A stretch of DNA of 64,000 nt from a bacterium (lineage in GTDB: Bacteria > UBA8248), in NCBI GenBank assembly GCA_965221165.1, contig CBDCRP010000002.1:800001-864000 (forward strand), given 5' to 3'. Every line of letters begins with the position of its first letter. Position 1 is the stretch's first letter. The translations under genes and the position numbers were made by a program. Under the pieces are notes generated by a model. That model searched no databases, was not told where the DNA came from, and worked only from the letters and a program-made list of their open reading frames with translations. Positions 49,615 to 59,104 of this stretch are shown piece by piece.

Positions 49615-51288
49615 ATGAATCCAGAAGAACTGCTGCACCGCCCCATCACGGAACTGGCCGCCCTCATCGAGGCAGGCGATGCGAAGCCGAGCGAGGTGAT
49701 AGAGGCCCACATCGCCAGAACCGAGGGGCTGGACGCCACCATCAACGCCTTCACGAGAACCACCTTCGAACTCGCGAGAGAACAGGCGGGTCGGCTCGAT
49801 GACGAACTCGCCCGGGGAAACTACCGGGGGCCGCTCCACGGGATTCCCGTAGCGCTCAAGGATTTGCTCGACCTGAAAGGCCACCCGACCACGGCGGGCA
49901 GCAGGATTTTGGGGAAAAGCGCGGCGGGCGAAACGGCGGAGTGCGTGCGCAGGCTCACCGAAGCGGGGGCGGTGATTATCGGAAAAACGAACTTGCAGGA
50001 ATTCGCGCGCGGCGGCACCGGGGCGAACAGCGCTTTCGGCCCGGCGCGAAACCCCTGGAATCTGGATCGCACGCCCGGCGGAAGCAGCAGCGGCTCGGCC
50101 GCCTGCGTGGCGGCGGGGATGGCGGCCGCGGCCTTGGGATCGGACACCGGCGGTTCGGTGCGCCTGCCCGCTTCATTTTGCAATCTGGTGGGCATCCGCT
50201 CCACGTATGGCCGGGTGAGCAGGGCCGGGGCCGTGCCGCTTGGCTTGAGTTTCGACAACGTGGGTCCCCTCGCGCGAACGGTGGAGGATGCCGCCCTCAT
50301 CTTACAGGCCATCGCAGGCCCCGACCCCAAAGACCCGACGACGGGGAACACGCCCCCGCCCGATTTTCTCAAGAGCGTGAACGAGGGCGTACACGGCATG
50401 ACGCTGGGCGTCCCGACCAACCACTTCTGGCCGGGTGAGGACCCGGAAGCGGAGGCCGTCGTCCGCGAAGCCATCGCGCTATTCGAGAAGTTGGGGGCAA
50501 GGCTCATTGAGGTGGAAATCCCCTGGGCGAGGCTCGGCCAGGTCGCCTACGCCGCGACAGTGGGGCCTGAGGCTGCGGAATACCACCGGAAATATCTTGA
50601 AAATCATCGGGGGGAGTACGTCTCCCCCGGAGCTGATTTCTTCGAGTACAGCCTCTTCATTCCGGGCTGGCGGTACGTGCAGGCGCAAAAGGCGAGAACC
50701 TTCTTCATCCGCCAGGCGGCGGAGGTTTTCAGAAGCGTGGACGCCGTGCTCACGCCCACCGTCGCTATCGCGCCCCCAACCATCGCGGATTGTCTGGACG
50801 GCATGAAGATGTGGCCGGTGGTGAGCGACAACACGGCCGCTTTCAGCACCATCGGCAACCCCGTGCTTCAGATACCGTGTGGGTTCACGAAAGCGCGCCT
50901 GCCCGTCGGTCTTCAGATTGCGGGCAGATGGGGGGATGAGGCGCGCCTGTTCCGCATAGGAAAGGCGCTGGAAGACGAGAATCCGCTGTGGAAGATGAGA
51001 CCGCCCGAAATCGACGAACAGCCGACACCCAAAGAATTTTCGGAAGCCTCCGCCCCGCCATCACAAGACGCAGAGGACACAGCGGCGGCGAGCTACATTC
51101 TGGCCATGTCGAAAAGCATGGGCTATGAGCTTGGCGTAGATAAAATCTCGCCGGAGAACCTCGCGCAGGGTGTGGCGAACATGCTCTCAGGTCTCAAGAA
51201 ACTCGACGATCTCGATCTCGATGGTTGCGAGCGCGCGGAAACGCTCAACCTTCTCGAAATGGATTTCGACTCGATCCCGAATCCGTGA
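49615..51288 (+). CDS. Amidase-signature family protein with a C-terminal extension
   Basis: GPLHGIPVALKD, GKTNLQEF, NPWN...PGGSSSGS, LGSDTGGSVRLPA, LPVGLQI. Confidence 0.92.
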   Translation: MNPEELLHRPITELAALIEAGDAKPSEVIEAHIARTEGLDATINAFTRTTFELAREQAGRLDDELARGNYRGPLHGIPVALKDLLDLKGHPTTAGSRILGKSAAGETAECVRRLTEAGAVIIGKTNLQEFARGGTGANSAFGPARNPWNLDRTPGGSSSGSAACVAAGMAAAALGSDTGGSVRLPASFCNLVGIRSTYGRVSRAGAVPLGLSFDNVGPLARTVEDAALILQAIAGPDPKDPTTGNTPPPDFLKSVNEGVHGMTLGVPTNHFWPGEDPEAEAVVREAIALFEKLGARLIEVEIPWARLGQVAYAATVGPEAAEYHRKYLENHRGEYVSPGADFFEYSLFIPGWRYVQAQKARTFFIRQAAEVFRSVDAVLTPTVAIAPPTIADCLDGMKMWPVVSDNTAAFSTIGNPVLQIPCGFTKARLPVGLQIAGRWGDEARLFRIGKALEDENPLWKMRPPEIDEQPTPKEFSEASAPPSQDAEDTAAASYILAMSKSMGYELGVDKISPENLAQGVANMLSGLKKLDDLDLDGCERAETLNLLEMDFDSIPNP

Positions 51289-51295
51289 GAGACGC

Positions 51296-52420
51296 CTAGT
51301 CCGGCTTCAGGAGAACCTTCAGGCACTCCCCCGTTCCCGTGACCTCGATGCCCGCCTGCACCTGGGAGAGCGGCAGGCGATGGGTGAAGATGTCGTCAAT
51401 CGGCAGGTCCGTTCTCAGGAGCATGTCCATCGCCGGTTCGAACTGCACTTGGGGATACGCCCATGAGCCGCAGATATCCACGTCCTTGTTGCACACCTGG
51501 TGGGGCCTGATCTCCACTCCGCCAGGGTCGCCGTAATGCCCGACTTCCACCAGCTTCCCGCCCCGGCGGACGATGTCCAGCCCCTCGGCGAAGGCGGCGG
51601 GAACGCCCGCCGCCTCGATGACCACGTCGGGTCCCACGCCGTCCGTCCAGGAGAGAATCTGCTCTTTTCTCTCCTCTTGGGTGAGCGCGGCGAGGCTCAC
51701 CGTCTTCGTGGCTCCGAACTTTTTCGAGAACGCGAGTCTTTTTTCGGTCATGTCCACCGCGATGATCTCGCCCGCACCCATCGTCTTTAAGGCCGCCACT
51801 ACCAACAATCCGATGGGGCCGACGCCCATGACGGCGCACCGCGCGCCCACGCCGAACCCCTCCCCCGCGTAGGGGATGCCCGGTGAGAGCGAGCGCCCGG
51901 CCGCCCTCTGGGCCACCGCCAGGGGTTCGCAAAGCGTGGCCCGCTCGAGCGAGAGACCCTCGGGCAGCTTCAGGACGAAGGAATTTCCCGGAATGTACAT
52001 ATACTCCGAATACGCCCCGAAAAGGTGCGGCGCCTCGGCGGAGGTGCGAAACCCGAAAACCGTGCGGTTCGGACACAACTGGGGCCGGTGCGGGGTATGA
52101 ACGCAATACCAGCACCTACCGCAAGCCTGGCTGCCCGGCGCCACGGTGATGGCGTCGCCCTCCTTGATGGGGCCGCCCACGATCTTCATGGCCGAATTCG
52201 CCAGAGGCCCCATCTTCTCGACGATGCCGCTGAACTCATGCCCCGGAATCACCGGCCACGTCACGTTCAGGTTGCCTCCGTACATGTGCTTGTCCGAACC
52301 GCAGACGCCCACGGCGGCCACCCGCATCAAAAGGGTGTCATCCTCAATCTCGGGCATGGGATATTCGCGCAGGGCGATTTCGCCCGGCTGTAGAATCGTG
52401 GCGGCCTGAACGGTGGACAT
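51296..52420 (-). CDS. Zinc-binding alcohol dehydrogenase (MDR family)
   Basis: GVCGSDKH, PGHEFSG, CGRCWYC...C, GVGPIG; RBS AGGAGG. Confidence 0.92.
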   Translation of the reverse strand: MSTVQAATILQPGEIALREYPMPEIEDDTLLMRVAAVGVCGSDKHMYGGNLNVTWPVIPGHEFSGIVEKMGPLANSAMKIVGGPIKEGDAITVAPGSQACGRCWYCVHTPHRPQLCPNRTVFGFRTSAEAPHLFGAYSEYMYIPGNSFVLKLPEGLSLERATLCEPLAVAQRAAGRSLSPGIPYAGEGFGVGARCAVMGVGPIGLLVVAALKTMGAGEIIAVDMTEKRLAFSKKFGATKTVSLAALTQEERKEQILSWTDGVGPDVVIEAAGVPAAFAEGLDIVRRGGKLVEVGHYGDPGGVEIRPHQVCNKDVDICGSWAYPQVQFEPAMDMLLRTDLPIDDIFTHRLPLSQVQAGIEVTGTGECLKVLLKPD

Positions 52421-52571
52421 CGAATATGCCTCCTGAGAGTGAAAACTTGAACACATGAAAAACCGACGCGAAGCGTCTCGGGAAGTTGTTATCAGAGCTA
52501 CTTTAGCGTATCTCTGATTCCCGCCACAACGAAGGTGACGAAGGCGAACCGGAACCTTTTGAGGAAAATCC

Positions 52572-53435
52572 ATGACGCTCGAGAAGACGCTCGCCATTTT
52601 CGGCTATCCCCTGGGGCATACGCTCTCGCCCGTCATGCACAACGCGGCGGCGCAGGCGCTTGATTTGCCCTACCGCTTCCTGGCGTATGAGGTGCATCCG
52701 GACAAGTACGAAGAAGCGGTTCGCGGCGCAGGCGCGATGGGTTTCGCCGGTTTTTGCGTCACCATCCCCCACAAGGTGGCCACCTTCCGGCTCGTGGATG
52801 AAGTAAGCGAGGATGCGAGGCTCATGGGCGCGGTGAACATGGTGACGTTTGAGAGCGGCGGCAGGCTCAAGGGCCACAACACCGACGGCTCGGGCTGGCT
52901 CCGCTCCCTGGAAGAGGAAACGGGCGTCTCTCCTCAAGGGAAAAGATGTCTTTTGCTGGGCGCAGGCGGAGCCGCGCGGGCCATCGCCATCAAGATCGCT
53001 CAATCAGGAGCGGCGCGCGTCGAGATTCGAAACCGCACGGCGGAGAAGGCCATATCCCTGGCGCGTGAGGTGAAATCGCATTTCCCAAAAGCCGAAATCC
53101 ACGGAGGCGGCCTCGATGCGCTTGAATCCGCCGCCCGGGGGCGGGATATTATCGTCAACACGACGAGCCTGGGGATGTCCGGCGATAAAGAAAGGGAGGC
53201 GGCCTGCTGTCTTCCCGAGGAATATATACCGTCTGATAGCATTTGCGCCGACGCGGTCTACAGCCCGCTCGACACCCCGTTCTTGAAGGCGGCCCGGAGA
53301 AAAGGGGCGCGCGCCGTCTCGGGCATCGGATGGCTTTTGCACCAGGGAGCCCTGGGCTGGGAGCTTTGGACGGGCACGCAGATGCCCATCGAGCATGTCC
53401 GGGTGAAGATGCTCGAAGCCCTACAGAGCCGATAG
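52572..53435 (+). CDS. aroE: Shikimate dehydrogenase
   Basis: GYPLGHTLSPVMHN, VTIPHK, GAVN, GHNTDG, GAGGAARA, VNTTSLGM, LLHQG. Confidence 0.9.
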   Translation: MTLEKTLAIFGYPLGHTLSPVMHNAAAQALDLPYRFLAYEVHPDKYEEAVRGAGAMGFAGFCVTIPHKVATFRLVDEVSEDARLMGAVNMVTFESGGRLKGHNTDGSGWLRSLEEETGVSPQGKRCLLLGAGGAARAIAIKIAQSGAARVEIRNRTAEKAISLAREVKSHFPKAEIHGGGLDALESAARGRDIIVNTTSLGMSGDKEREAACCLPEEYIPSDSICADAVYSPLDTPFLKAARRKGARAVSGIGWLLHQGALGWELWTGTQMPIEHVRVKMLEALQSR

Positions 53436-53468
53436 AATCCACCAAAAGAAAGGAGCCTGAGAAATTTC

Positions 53469-54659
53469 ATGAGTATGCCGCTTGAGGGGATTCGCGTCCT
53501 CGATCTTTCCAGAATTCTGGCGGGCCCATTCTGCGCGATGATGCTCGGCGACATGGGTGCCGAGGTCATCAAAGTCGAAAACCCCGTCGGCGGGGACGAC
53601 ACGCGCGGCTGGCCGCCTTTTTACGAGGGAGGCGAGAGCAGCTATTTCCAGTCCGTGAACAGGAACAAGAAAAGCCTCACGCTCAATCTTAAAGCCGAGG
53701 AGGGAAAAGAGGTTTTAAGGGCGCTCGTCCAGAAATCGGACATCCTCATCCAGAATTTCAGGCCCGGCGCCATCGAGCGGCTCGGCTTCGACTGGGAAAC
53801 CTGCCACGCGCTCAACCCCCGGCTCATCTACGCCGGCGTCTCGGGCTACGGCCAGAGCGGCCCTTCGAGAGCGCGGCCCGCCTACGACATTCTGCTGCAA
53901 GGGGAAGGCGGCCTCATGAGCATCACGGGCGCGGAGGGAGGCGGGGGCTTCAAGACGGGCATCGCCATCGCCGACCTCACCACCGCCATGTTCGCTACCC
54001 AGGGGATTCTGCTCGCCATCATCGCGCGGGAGAAGACGGGAAAGGGCCAATACGTCGACACGGCGATACAGGACGGACAGGCGGCGCTCATGAGTCACGC
54101 CGCGGGAAACTACTTCGCCACGGGCGCCCCGCCCGGACGGCTGGGGAACCGCCACCCGAGCATCGCGCCGTACCGGGATTTTCCCTGCTCGGACGGGGAA
54201 CTCATCGTCGCGGCGGCGAACGATTCCTTGTGGCAGAGGTTCGCCCGCGCCATCGACAGGGAAGACCTGGCGGACGACCCCAAATGGGAGAAAAACGCGG
54301 CGCGCGTCGCAGGGCGTGATGAACTCGAAGCGGAAATCGAGCAGACCATGCGGGCCAAAACCCGCGCGGAGTGGGCCGAAATCGTATCGGGCGCCGGGGT
54401 GCCCTGCGGGCCGGTGCGAACAATCGAGGAATTGTGCGCCGACCCGCAGATCCACCACCGCGAGATGGTCGTCGAGATGGAGCACGCGAGAACCGGCGTC
54501 CTGAAGGTGATGGGCAACCCCATGAAGCTCTCGGATACGCCCGGCGAACTCCGCATGCCCCCTCCCCTGCTGGGTGAGCACACCGAAGAAATTCTCTCCG
54601 GCCTGCTCGGCAAGTCGGGTGGAGAGATCGCCGCGTTAAAAGAAAAGGGCGTCGCGTAG
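53469..54659 (+). CDS. Family III CoA transferase (CaiB/BaiF)
   Basis: RVLDLSRILAGP, GAEVIKVE, NRNKKS, NFRPG, AYD, PPLLGEHT. Confidence 0.95.
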   Translation: MSMPLEGIRVLDLSRILAGPFCAMMLGDMGAEVIKVENPVGGDDTRGWPPFYEGGESSYFQSVNRNKKSLTLNLKAEEGKEVLRALVQKSDILIQNFRPGAIERLGFDWETCHALNPRLIYAGVSGYGQSGPSRARPAYDILLQGEGGLMSITGAEGGGGFKTGIAIADLTTAMFATQGILLAIIAREKTGKGQYVDTAIQDGQAALMSHAAGNYFATGAPPGRLGNRHPSIAPYRDFPCSDGELIVAAANDSLWQRFARAIDREDLADDPKWEKNAARVAGRDELEAEIEQTMRAKTRAEWAEIVSGAGVPCGPVRTIEELCADPQIHHREMVVEMEHARTGVLKVMGNPMKLSDTPGELRMPPPLLGEHTEEILSGLLGKSGGEIAALKEKGVA

Positions 54660-54753
54660 CGTTCATGGCGGGACGCGCCTTGTCAGACATGGCGCTCGCC
54701 GATAGGATGCGGGAGAAATCGTGGACTTTACTCGATAAACACGGAGAAGCGTC

Positions 54754-55755
54754 CTGAGAACGGTCACGTATTCATTCAACTTCACCTTGCCCATCACGAA
54801 CTGGTGCGTGAACCACTGCGGCTATTGCAGTTTTCGCAGCAACGTTCCCATCCTGCTCTCCCTGCACGAGTGCGAACGGCTCGCGAAGCAGGCCTATGCG
54901 CAAGGAGTCGTCGAAGCGCTCGTGATGACGGGAGAGGGCATCGACAGACACAAGGGTCTCATAAACCAGTTGAAAGCCTGGGGGTATGACTCCTACGCCG
55001 CCTACACGGCCGAAGTGTGCAAGATGTGCCTGGATATCGGCCTGCTCCCCCACGCCAACATCGGCACGCTGGAAGAGTGGGAATACGAGATTTTGAAGCC
55101 GTATAACGTCTCGATGGGCATGATGATGGAGACCGTGAGCCCCGAGGCCACGCGGGTCGCCCACCGGACGGCGCCGACGAAAACGCCCGAGGTCAGGCTC
55201 GCCTCCCTCGAGGCGGCGGGAAAACTCGGGGTCGCGTTCACGACGGGGATACTCGTCGGAATCGGGGAATCACCCGCCGAGCGGGTCGAGACGCTTGCGG
55301 CCATCGCCGAGGTGCACCGGCGATACGGGCACATCCAGGAGATTATCTTACAACCCTTGAACCCCCAGCCCATGACGCCCATGGCCAAATGGACCCGGCC
55401 GCCGGATGAGGATATCGCGGCGCTGATCCCCGAGGCGCAAAGGCTCATGCCGGGCGTGCACATCCAGGTTCCACCGAACCTGGTGGATGACCTGCTCGGC
55501 CTCATCATGGCGGGTGCGGACGACATCGGGGGCATCGCGCCCGAGCCGGACCACATCAACCCGAACCGCGGCTGGCCCAAGCTCGGCAACCTGGATCAGT
55601 CCCTTCACCGGGAGGACATATCGCTGCGCCTGCGGATGCCGGTGTACGATGAATTCATCGAGGCGGGCTGGTGTCCGCCCGAAACCCTGCCTGCGCTCCA
55701 CCGGATGCTCGAAAGACGTGAAGCGCAAGAAGCCCTGCCCATGGAGATCGCATGA
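54754..55755 (+). CDS. cofG: Fo synthase subunit CofG (radical SAM)
   Basis: VTYS..FTLPITNWCVNHCGYC, GLLPHANIG, NVSMGMMME, FTTGILVGIGE, HIQEIILQ, QVPPNL, DHINP. Start inferred at CTG 54754; the ORF track uses TTG 54787. Confidence 0.9.
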   Translation: MRTVTYSFNFTLPITNWCVNHCGYCSFRSNVPILLSLHECERLAKQAYAQGVVEALVMTGEGIDRHKGLINQLKAWGYDSYAAYTAEVCKMCLDIGLLPHANIGTLEEWEYEILKPYNVSMGMMMETVSPEATRVAHRTAPTKTPEVRLASLEAAGKLGVAFTTGILVGIGESPAERVETLAAIAEVHRRYGHIQEIILQPLNPQPMTPMAKWTRPPDEDIAALIPEAQRLMPGVHIQVPPNLVDDLLGLIMAGADDIGGIAPEPDHINPNRGWPKLGNLDQSLHREDISLRLRMPVYDEFIEAGWCPPETLPALHRMLERREAQEALPMEIA

Positions 55756-57005
55756 ACGCCCTTTACCCTCACGAAATTCTCGACGCCTTCGAGGCGGGCG
55801 AGGAAATCTCGCGCGACGGCGCGACCGCCCTGCTCGCCGAGACGGACAGTGAATTCACCGAGCGCCTTTATGAGGCGGCGAACGCGGAAAGAGAAAAAGC
55901 CGTCGGTGATGAGGTGAGCTACGTCATCAACGCGAACGTGAATTTCACGAACGTGTGCTACACGGATTGCAAATACTGCGGCTTCTGGCGGCGGCCGAAC
56001 GCCCCGGACGCCTATACGCACGACGATGGCGTGTTGCGCGAAAAATTCGAGCGCGCGAGGAATTTCGGCGTGCGTGAAATCTGCATGCAGGGGGGGCTGA
56101 ACCCCCAGATATCGATTGATCGTTACGAGGAGGTGCTCAGGCTCGCCCGCGAGGTCATCCCGGGCGTCCACATGCACGCGTACTCGCCTGCGGAAGTCGA
56201 CCACATCCAGCGAAAAACCAGGCTACCGCTCGAAGTGGTGCTCACACGCCTGAAAGATGCCGGGCTCGGCTCCATCCCCGGAACGGCAGCCGAGATACTC
56301 GTGGAAAGGGTGAAGAAGCTCATCAGCCCGGGGAGAATCCCCGTCGAAAGATGGTGCGAGATCATCCGAACCGCCCATGCCGTGGGCATCCCGACGACGT
56401 CCACCGTCATGTACGGCCACATCGAGAGCAGCGCCGACCTCGCCGAACACATGGACATTTTGAGAAAGATGCAAAAAGACTCCCTCGAAACGAACCGGGA
56501 GGCCCGGTTCACGGAGTTCGTTCCCCTGCCCTTCATCCCGTATGACAACAAGATGGGCGAGGAGTTCGGCATCACGGAGATGGCGGACCTCGATACCATT
56601 TTCAGGCTTCATGCCGTCGCCCGGCTCTTCTTCCGGGGGACGATAGCCAACATTCAGGTGGCGTGGCCCAAAATCGGAATCGACGCCGCCCAGAAGGCGC
56701 TCTCCCTCGGGGTGAACGACCTGGGCGGAACACTGATCGAGGAGAACATCTCCCGTGAGTCGGGTTCTGAATACGGACAGAGCCTGAGCCCCCGGCAGTT
56801 CAACGACGCCATCCTGGGGGCGGGACGCATTCCCGTTCAGCGCACGACCACATACGACATCATTAGAGAAGACGACCCGAGATACCGCCGCCCGCGCCTG
56901 GATGACGAGGCGCTGCTCGGCGCCGGCTTCTCGGGCGGGAGAAAAACGGGCGACTTCATCCCGGAAAATCACCTGGGCGCATTGAACCCGGAGCTCCCTC
57001 GCTAA
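55752..57005 (+). CDS. cofH: Fo synthase subunit CofH (radical SAM)
   Basis: NVNFTNVCYTDCKYC, EICMQGG, HAYSPAE, GLGSIPGTAAEIL, TSTVMYGH, FTEFVPLPF, NDLGGTLIEENISR; ATGA-coupled to cofG. Confidence 0.92.
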   Translation: MNALYPHEILDAFEAGEEISRDGATALLAETDSEFTERLYEAANAEREKAVGDEVSYVINANVNFTNVCYTDCKYCGFWRRPNAPDAYTHDDGVLREKFERARNFGVREICMQGGLNPQISIDRYEEVLRLAREVIPGVHMHAYSPAEVDHIQRKTRLPLEVVLTRLKDAGLGSIPGTAAEILVERVKKLISPGRIPVERWCEIIRTAHAVGIPTTSTVMYGHIESSADLAEHMDILRKMQKDSLETNREARFTEFVPLPFIPYDNKMGEEFGITEMADLDTIFRLHAVARLFFRGTIANIQVAWPKIGIDAAQKALSLGVNDLGGTLIEENISRESGSEYGQSLSPRQFNDAILGAGRIPVQRTTTYDIIREDDPRYRRPRLDDEALLGAGFSGGRKTGDFIPENHLGALNPELPR

Positions 57006-57024
57006 ACGACCGGAGAGAAAACCC

Positions 57025-58467
57025 TTGAACGAACTTCACCACCCCTCCTTCAAAGACATGATGAACGACGTGGTGGATGCGGGCAGTTGTTGCGAGTGCG
57101 GCAGTTGCGTTCTCGTCTGTCCCCACAACGTCATCGAGTACATCGACGCGAAACCCAAGCAGACGGCCAAGGCGAAAGCCGATTTCGATTATTGCGGCAT
57201 CAGCGAGGGGGTGGGCTGCGACGTATGCGCATCGGTGTGCCCGAGGCTCTGGCCGAGGGAAATCCACTTAAAAGACGCCACCTTCGGAGAGAAGAGAAGC
57301 GAAACGTACGAGGGCATTTTCGGCGCCTACCAGCACATCTTCATGGCGAGAACCAAGCGCGACGACGTGATGGAGCGCGCCCAGGACGGCGGCATCGTCA
57401 CGGCGCTGCTCGCATGGGCGCTCGAGCAAGGCGTCATCGACGGGGCGGTGGTCTCCGCCGTCGGGGAAGACGACCCGCCGTGCGACCCGAGCCCCAAGGT
57501 CGCTACCACCTATGAGGAGATTCGGGCGAGTGCGGGGAGTTGGTACACCTACTGCGCGAACAACCTCGCGCTCGAGGAAGTAAAAGAAAAAGACCTGAAG
57601 AAGGTGGGCTTCGTGGGCGTTCCCTGCCAGATCACGCCGCTGCGCAAAATGGAACTCATCGACCCCGCCTTTCTGGTGTCGCACAAGAAAAGGCCCCAGC
57701 ACATCGATAAACAACGCGGCTTCCTGAGAGGCTTCTCCGAGCGCGTGGCGTTTCAAATCGGCCTGTTCTGCACGGAAGTCTTCACCTTCGACTTGATGAC
57801 CGAAAAAATCGAAAAAGGGCTGGGCATCCCCCTCACGGATGTGGCGAAATTCAACGTGAAGGGCGAGGTGCTCGTCTATAAAAAAGACGGGGAACTCGTC
57901 ACCTTCTCGCTCCAGGAGGCGATGGAGAACTACCAGCGCCCCGAATGCCAGCATTGCGCCGATTTTTCCGCCGAACTCGCGGACATCGCCTGTGGCGGTG
58001 TGGGCACGCGGGGCTGGACTATCGTCGTTTTGCGAACCGAGAAGGGCAAGGAGATCTGGAACGCATTCGAAAAAGAAGGCCTCGTGGAGATTCAGCCGAT
58101 ACAGGAGAACAGGCGGGCCTGGAACATCCTGCACATTCTGGCGCGAAGACAGCACAACCGCGTACCGACGATGGGGCCCAAGAGCGGGACGCCGGCCGGC
58201 CTCCCCCAGTACGATCCCTCCGAGGGCGCCGGCATCGCCGGGCAAAAAATGGTCGATAGCCCCAAAACACCCGAGGAACTAGAAGAATGCCTCGCCACGG
58301 CCTATGGGGAGGAGGCGCGTCCCGACGGCGTGCGCGGCTTCCTCGCGGGCCAGCCGATTCCCGGTGACCCGGGAGCTCCTCCCCCCGGGGAGAAGCGCAA
58401 ACTTCCTCCGCCCCCGAGCCCGGCCCAGGGCGGCGCGCCGCCGGGCTGGGAGGTTTCAGGGTCCTGA
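57025..58467 (+). CDS. F420-binding FrhB/FdhB/FpoF-family flavoprotein with an N-terminal 2x[4Fe-4S] domain
   Basis: CCECGSCVLVCP and C...CDVCASVCP, AQDGGIVTALL, AGSWYT, VGVPCQI, IGLFC, CQHCADFSAELADIACG, GWTIVVLRTEKG; TTG start. Confidence 0.9.
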   Translation: MNELHHPSFKDMMNDVVDAGSCCECGSCVLVCPHNVIEYIDAKPKQTAKAKADFDYCGISEGVGCDVCASVCPRLWPREIHLKDATFGEKRSETYEGIFGAYQHIFMARTKRDDVMERAQDGGIVTALLAWALEQGVIDGAVVSAVGEDDPPCDPSPKVATTYEEIRASAGSWYTYCANNLALEEVKEKDLKKVGFVGVPCQITPLRKMELIDPAFLVSHKKRPQHIDKQRGFLRGFSERVAFQIGLFCTEVFTFDLMTEKIEKGLGIPLTDVAKFNVKGEVLVYKKDGELVTFSLQEAMENYQRPECQHCADFSAELADIACGGVGTRGWTIVVLRTEKGKEIWNAFEKEGLVEIQPIQENRRAWNILHILARRQHNRVPTMGPKSGTPAGLPQYDPSEGAGIAGQKMVDSPKTPEELEECLATAYGEEARPDGVRGFLAGQPIPGDPGAPPPGEKRKLPPPPSPAQGGAPPGWEVSGS

Positions 58468-58468
58468 G

Positions 58469-59104
58469 TTGGATACCCCAGATCTTATAGACACAAAACC
58501 AGCGCTCTCCATTCCGCTCGATGAGGCCTTGCGCAAAAGACGCTCCATCCGCCACTTCAACTCCGACCCCGTCCCGATGGAGATACTAAAAACCGCCCTG
58601 TCCGCCGCTTGCCTTGCTCCCAGTCCGCACGGGACGAGTCCCTGGCGGTTTTGCATTCTCGATTCCAAAGAGGCGAAAGAGACCTTAGCTGCCGAGATGG
58701 GGAAAGACTTTCTCCGTGACATGGAGGCCGAAGGCGTTCCCGAAGAAGAGCGGGCGCGCAGGCACCAGGGAAGCATCCGCCTGCTAACCGGCGCGCCCGC
58801 GCTCATCATGGCATCGCTCTCCTTCGCGGACCTGGATAAATACGAGGAGCCAGAAAAACAGGCCAACGAATGGATGATGGCTGAACACAGCCTGGGAGGC
58901 GCTCTGCAAAACCTGATGCTCGCCCTCTCGGCCCAGGGGGTAGGCTCCGTGTGGCGCTGCGCTCCCTTGTTTTGTCCCGAAACGGCCCGCAAGGCCCTGG
59001 ACTTACCCGCCGACTGGGCGCCAAGGGCCCTCATCGTAGCCGGCTATCCATCGCAGCAGCCCGCCCCCAAAGAATCACTCCAACCGGTGCTGATCGTCCG
59101 ATGA
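58469..59104 (+). CDS. Nitroreductase-family protein, FbiB C-terminal domain/FbiE-like
   Basis: RRSIRHF, APSPHGTSPWRF, QNLMLALSAQGVGSVWRCAPLFCPE, LDLPADW; located inside the F420 operon. TTG start inferred. Confidence 0.85.
   Translation: MDTPDLIDTKPALSIPLDEALRKRRSIRHFNSDPVPMEILKTALSAACLAPSPHGTSPWRFCILDSKEAKETLAAEMGKDFLRDMEAEGVPEEERARRHQGSIRLLTGAPALIMASLSFADLDKYEEPEKQANEWMMAEHSLGGALQNLMLALSAQGVGSVWRCAPLFCPETARKALDLPADWAPRALIVAGYPSQQPAPKESLQPVLIVR

Noticed and set aside
49615-51288. gatA of the tRNA amidotransferase
   Set aside because: No gatB or gatC adjacent, and GatA-specific motifs (EFAMGS, SSNLAR) are absent.
55752-57005. mqnC/mqnE (futalosine pathway) instead of cofH
   Set aside because: Coupled to cofG inside an F420 operon, with the CofH-like GGTL.EE.ISR motif.
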